This document shows, one piece after another, positions 61,801-64,000 of a stretch of 64,000 nucleotides of DNA. The position numbers were made by a program, and so were the translations under genes. The DNA is from Macrostomum lignano (taxonomy: Eukaryota): NCBI GenBank assembly GCA_002269645.1, contig NIVC01002279.1, positions 83,155 through 147,154 on the forward strand, written 5' to 3'. How positions within the stretch are numbered: the stretch's first letter is position 1; every line of letters starts with the position of its first letter. The notes beneath the pieces are model-generated. The model made no database searches, was not told the DNA's origin, and saw only the letters and a program-made list of their open reading frames with translations.

Positions 61801-63858
61801 GATTCACTAGCTTGCATCCTTTCTAGCTGGACCTGGCCGATTCGCTCTACTTGCCCAAGCTGGTCATCGTATCGCTTGGCGACCTCACCAAAGGCTTCAA
61901 GGAGGTGGCCAGATTCAATCCCACCGCTGCCAACGCCGCCTCTGGCCGCGGCAGTTCAATGACCGAATGGCTGACGCTGTTGCAGAACTGCGATCGAGCC
62001 CATCGAATGGTTGAAATTGTGCTCATGGACAGTCGAGATGATACCGTGTTCAATGCCAAGGTGGGTTTCGTGCTTTGAATTTTATTTATTACTAATGCTG
62101 CTACAATTTTTTTCTTCTGATAAGCTTTTTCTGATGCTCGTGGTATCGCTCTAGATAATCACATGATCACCCTGGATAGTCACGTGATCACTCTGGATAA
62201 TCACGTGATCACTCTGGATAGTCATGTGATCACCCTGGATAGTCACGTGATAACTCTAGAAAGGCACTTGGTCGCTCTGGAAAGTCACGTGATAACTCTA
62301 GAAAGGCACTTGGTCGCTCTGGAAAGTCACGTGATATATACAAATTTCAAAACGGAAATTTTTTTGTTTACCGAACCCGATGACCGCAGGTGCACGGGCT
62401 GAGAATCCTCGGTCACCGTCAGCAGGACCTAACCACCATCTATCCCTACCTTGTGGACGATCAAGTTGACGCGTACACAACGACCTCCGCGACTGCCACG
62501 GCCGCCTCGGCGGCCACCGCCTCCGCTGGCAAGCCAGACGCGCCCAGCGTTCGCACTCACGTCTTTGTTTGGGGCCTAAACGACAAAGACCAACTAGGCG
62601 TGGCCAAAGGCTCCAAAGTGAAGGTGCCGCAATTTAACGAGCATCTAAGCGCTTTAAGATGCACTCAAATTGCCGGCGGATCCAAGAGCCTATTCTGCGT
62701 CACGGTGGACGGCGACGTCTACGCGTGCGGCGAGGCGTCCAACGATCGGCTTGGCTTAGGCAGCTGCGCCGATAATGTTAGCGTGCCCACCATCATCCCC
62801 GGACTGGCTGGCTACAAGGTAATGAACCGCGTCAATTGAAATTTATTACTCGTAAAAGACGATATGTATCGAAAATCATTTTAGTCGCTGCTTTTGGGAA
62901 TACCCGATATGTATCGAAAAAATCTTCATAATCGCATTCTATAAGGATGGCCGATATGTATCGAAAAAATCTTAAAATTCATACCCTAATTAGAACGCCC
63001 GATATGTATCGAAAGTCGTTTGAAATAAGCAGAAAATCAAAACACGCTAATAGCTAACGAAACAAGTATGCACATAGTGTCGTTAAATCTCGTGCACTAA
63101 ATTGTCTCTACAACTTATAAATTTCCAGATAAAGAAGGTTGCCGTCCACTCCAGCGGTCGGCACTGTCTGGCACTGACGGTTGACGGTCAAGTTTTAAGC
63201 TGGGGTGAATGCGACGATGGTAAATTAGGTCACGGAGTTAGCGAGCCGCAGGTGAGAAATTGTAGGTTATTTTTTGTGTCCACATACTTTTATTTATTGT
63301 AAGTTAAACTGTTTTAATTAATTTAAGAAAGCCACATTTTCGGAACCGATATACTTAAAAATCGAGAAAAAACGCTGAACCGATATGTATCGAAAACATT
63401 TAAAATCAAGAAAAAATTTTTGGCCGATATGTATCGAAAGCATTTAAAGTTAAGGAAAAAAATTGAGCCGATATGTATCGAAGTAATAAATATAAAGTAG
63501 AGTTCATGACCGATATGTGTCAAAGTCACTTAAATCAATTATTTCAAAGCCGATATGTATCGAAAACACTTAAAATCAAGTAAAATAGCAAAGTTGATGA
63601 TGTTTAAAATCTATTAAATTAACTCTAATTTGTGTCCACAATGTCGTCTATGTAGGATCGTCCCCGCCTAATTGAGACTCTCAAGCCCTACCGCATTGTC
63701 GACGTGGCCTGTGGCAGCTCGCATTCGGCCGCTGTCGGCTTCAACGGCGAATTGTTCACCTGGGGCCTGGGCGAATACGGCCGACTTGGTCACGGCGATA
63801 GCGATACTCAAATGCGGCCGAAGCGGTCGAAGCGCTTAAATCGATGCGTGTTGTTCAG
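22417..63858 (+). CDS. HERC2: E3 ubiquitin ligase HERC2, 5' part (continues past the window). Exons: 22417-22757, 25321-25966, 27154-28017, 28473-28978, 29564-29962, 30353-30715, 32113-32647, 33254-33963, 35929-36421, 36905-37102, 37650-38005, ~38502-38721, 39375-40106, 54600-56765, 59574-59924, 60295-60630, 61827-62060, 62390-62818, 63129-63251, 63656-~63858
   Basis: Junctions are GT-AG and phase-consistent. Domain order b5-like, MIB/HERC2, UBA, CPH, ZZ, DOC, RCC1-like is diagnostic for HERC2. The acceptor near 38502 and the last donor are uncertain. Confidence 0.93.
22843..25317. repeat. 23-bp minisatellite (AGAGAATCTCCCATCAGTCAG[TT/CC/TC])n filling HERC2 intron 1, over 100 copies
   Basis: Direct periodicity; runs up to the splice acceptor at 25320. 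Confidence 0.98.
28036..28450. repeat. 31-bp minisatellite (CAGGTCACACTGAGAGCGGTAGCTAAGCCAT)n
   Basis: Direct periodicity, about 13 copies, in a HERC2 intron. Confidence 0.96.
29020..29370. repeat. 21-bp minisatellite (TCTCTCTGGTATCTTTCGCCT)n
   Basis: Direct periodicity. Confidence 0.96.
30030..30290. repeat. 16-bp G-rich repeat (GAGTGAGGTGGGTGCG)n
   Basis: Direct periodicity. Confidence 0.92.
30890..31960. repeat. Mosaic 19-21-bp minisatellite (TGTA[G/T]CTGGCGCC[C/T]CCTC)n
   Basis: Direct periodicity with alternating variants. Confidence 0.95.
32690..33110. repeat. Highly diverged T-rich tandem repeat (about 30-bp units containing GTACTTTTAGGT)
   Basis: Recurrent GTACTTTTAG(G/A)T motif at roughly regular spacing. 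Confidence 0.6.
33254..33963 (+). CDS. HERC2: HERC2 exon encoding the cytochrome-b5-like domain
   Basis: [10 protein letters not shown]|[10 protein letters not shown]...GRDATEAF...CYIGEYL. Confidence 0.88.
33990..34862. repeat. G-rich 25-30-bp minisatellite (GATCGGGGAGGGAGGGGTGGCAGCTGAAG)n
   Basis: Direct periodicity; multiple G3-G5 runs on the sense strand. Confidence 0.95.
35040..35310 (-). mobile_element. tRNA-derived SINE (diverged copy)
   Basis: Reverse complement ACTCAGCGGTTATCGCATCTGACTCTCGCG...CGTTTGATACC (A/B-box-like); the TTGTCGTGCGATT block and the 35109-35151 hairpin are shared with the 11-kb copy. Confidence 0.68.
35375..35795. repeat. Diverged ~19-20-bp repeat (ATTCCTAGAAAATGGGTAG-like)
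   Basis: Recurrent ATTCCTAGAAAAT motif. Confidence 0.75.
36455..36620. repeat. 37-bp repeat (CAGGGAGTGCCAGTATCTGACATTGGGGTCTGACGGT)n
   Basis: Direct periodicity, about 4 copies. Confidence 0.9.
37130..37610. repeat. 25-26-bp minisatellite (TTTAAGAACCGGGTCTTAGTCCCCCG)n
   Basis: Direct periodicity. Confidence 0.94.
38012..38495. repeat. Degenerate (TCTG)n microsatellite filling a HERC2 intron
   Basis: Direct observation. Confidence 0.96.
38870..39300. repeat. 35-bp minisatellite (ATCCAGCTTCCCTATGACCGAATGACTCAATTTGA)n
   Basis: Direct periodicity. Confidence 0.93.
39375..40106 (+). CDS. HERC2: HERC2 exon encoding the C-terminal half of the MIB/HERC2 domain
   Basis: [18 protein letters not shown] (previous exon, to 38721) | [44 protein letters not shown]. 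Confidence 0.95.
40215..41045. repeat. 21-22-bp minisatellite (GTGGTATCTGGGTTGAGATTCT)n
   Basis: Direct periodicity. Confidence 0.95.
41167..44125 (+). mobile_element. Family-A Helitron-like non-autonomous element, copy A1 (about 3 kb, with a ~1.5-kb CT-rich interior)
   Basis: Starts ACAAGCTGTTGAAACCCGCGG; 5' hairpin CCGGGGAA/TTCCCCGG (41197-41217); ends (CA)n-GAGTTTTGATTTTTATATGTAG. Homologous to A2 and A3. Confidence 0.75.
44126..46012 (+). mobile_element. Family-B element, copy B1 (its 3' part is module C, from 45549)
   Basis: Starts ACGAGGCCAACTCC; CT-rich block, 20-bp subrepeats and TTAGGG motif; ends (CAGA)n-CATCGCGTCAGTTTTAGTATTAGG. Confidence 0.75.
46013..47930 (+). mobile_element. 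Family-B element, copy B2 (tandem with B1; module C from 47475)
   Basis: Near-identical to B1, with the same termini. Confidence 0.78.
47937..48408 (+). mobile_element. Stand-alone module C (about 470 bp; corresponds to the 3' part of family B)
   Basis: Starts ACCAAATGAATTTCGACAC and ends TATTAGGAGAAGAG; near-identical to 45549-46012. Confidence 0.72.
48409..51436 (+). mobile_element. Family-A element, copy A2
   Basis: Starts ACAAGCTGTTGAAACCCGC; ends TTTTATATGTAGAG directly abutting A3. Confidence 0.75.
51437..54556 (+). mobile_element. Family-A element, copy A3 (contains a TCTCTCTGCTTCCCC sub-array at about 52050-52610)
   Basis: Starts ACAAGCTGTTGAAACCCGCGG; ends TTTTATAGGTAGAGAT about 45 bp before the HERC2 acceptor. 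Confidence 0.75.
54600..56765 (+). CDS. HERC2: HERC2 large exon with UBA-like and CPH domains
   Basis: [17 protein letters not shown]...VVEWLIENP; [22 protein letters not shown]...[22 protein letters not shown]; donor CAG|GTGAGC at 56766. Confidence 0.93.
56780..59522. repeat. 33-bp (some 36-bp) minisatellite (TTAAGGGGGCCGCCCCTCCCTCACTCCGATGCT)n filling a HERC2 intron, about 80 copies
   Basis: Direct periodicity between donor 56766 and acceptor 59573; the source of the spurious [10 protein letters not shown] ORFs. Confidence 0.97.
59574..59924 (+). CDS. HERC2: HERC2 exon with ZZ zinc finger
   Basis: PRYRWGSVT...[34 protein letters not shown]...HEF. Confidence 0.93.
59927..60250. repeat. 54-bp minisatellite (GAGTCTTGGTTCACTTCCGGTGTGTGGTTGATTCGGCATGGTCTTTGTCAGTTT)n
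   Basis: About 6 copies; the first unit begins inside the donor GTGAGT. Confidence 0.95.
60295..62060 (+). CDS. HERC2: HERC2 DOC/APC10-like domain exons (60295-60630, 61827-62060)
   Basis: [19 protein letters not shown]|[16 protein letters not shown]...HRMVEI...K|VHGLRILG. Confidence 0.88.
60870..61560. repeat. 20-bp minisatellite (CCCCAGAGTCACTTGCGTCA)n, probably inside a TIR-bearing element extending to about 61727
   Basis: Direct periodicity; an inverted unit-like sequence lies at 61716-61727. Confidence 0.95.
62156..62340. repeat. 21-bp repeat with a TCACGTGA palindrome, grading into 42-bp higher-order units
   Basis: Direct periodicity. Confidence 0.85.
62390..63858 (+). CDS. HERC2: HERC2 RLD2 (RCC1-like) exons (62390-62818, 63129-63251, 63656-~63858)
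   Basis: [80 protein letters not shown]. Confidence 0.95.
62860..63566. repeat. Conserved CGATATGTATCGAA core repeated every 40-48 bp with variable spacers, in both introns flanking HERC2 exon 63129-63251
   Basis: Cores at 62860, 62905, 62952, 63000, 63381, 63425, 63469, 63511 (variant) and 63551; degenerate core at 63347. Confidence 0.85.
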
Positions 63859-64000
63859 GTGCGCTTGTGAAAGACAGATTGGGTTGTAGTCTGCTCTTAC
63901 CTTGTCTATAATCTCACATTCTGTCTTAGTCTAACATTTTCTAGTCTCACTTTTTCTAAGCCTAACATTTATCTAACCATTTACCTAGTCTCACACCTTG

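Noticed and set aside
62860-63566. True CRISPR array
   Set aside because: Eukaryotic intronic context, only a ~14-bp core, partly related spacers and no cas genes; kept only as a structural curiosity.

Overview
This is eukaryotic (animal) genomic DNA: GC-rich coding exons, GT-AG introns and very dense tandem repeats. The style suggests a flatworm such as Macrostomum, but that is inference only. Supported genes: (1) mitochondrial ribosomal protein uS11m/MRPS11 (+, 2 exons, 901-2164); (2) a divergent GT13/MGAT1-like glycosyltransferase (+, 3 exons, 5122-7595); (3) two orphan single-pass membrane protein segments (+, 10677-12322 and 13602-13910); (4) EFCAB2/DRC8 (-, 16614-17169, first exon unresolved); (5) the 5' part of a large HERC2 gene (+, from 22417 to beyond the window end, about 20 exons reconstructed in frame, with degenerate RLD1, cytochrome-b5-like, MIB/HERC2, UBA, CPH, ZZ, DOC and RLD2 domains). 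Most long ORFs in the ORF track are artefacts of micro/minisatellites. Most notable non-genic structures: a 13.4-kb head-to-tail chain of modular Helitron-like non-autonomous elements filling one HERC2 intron, with a diverged inverted family member at 18.3-20.3 kb; a foldback MITE with a 9-bp target duplication; a tRNA-derived SINE family with a covarying hairpin; a palindromic-core/variable-spacer array on both sides of a conserved HERC2 exon; and a different minisatellite in almost every intron, often flush with the splice sites. No rRNA, intact tRNA or true CRISPR-Cas locus was found. All alignments were done by eye and reference sequences were recalled from memory.
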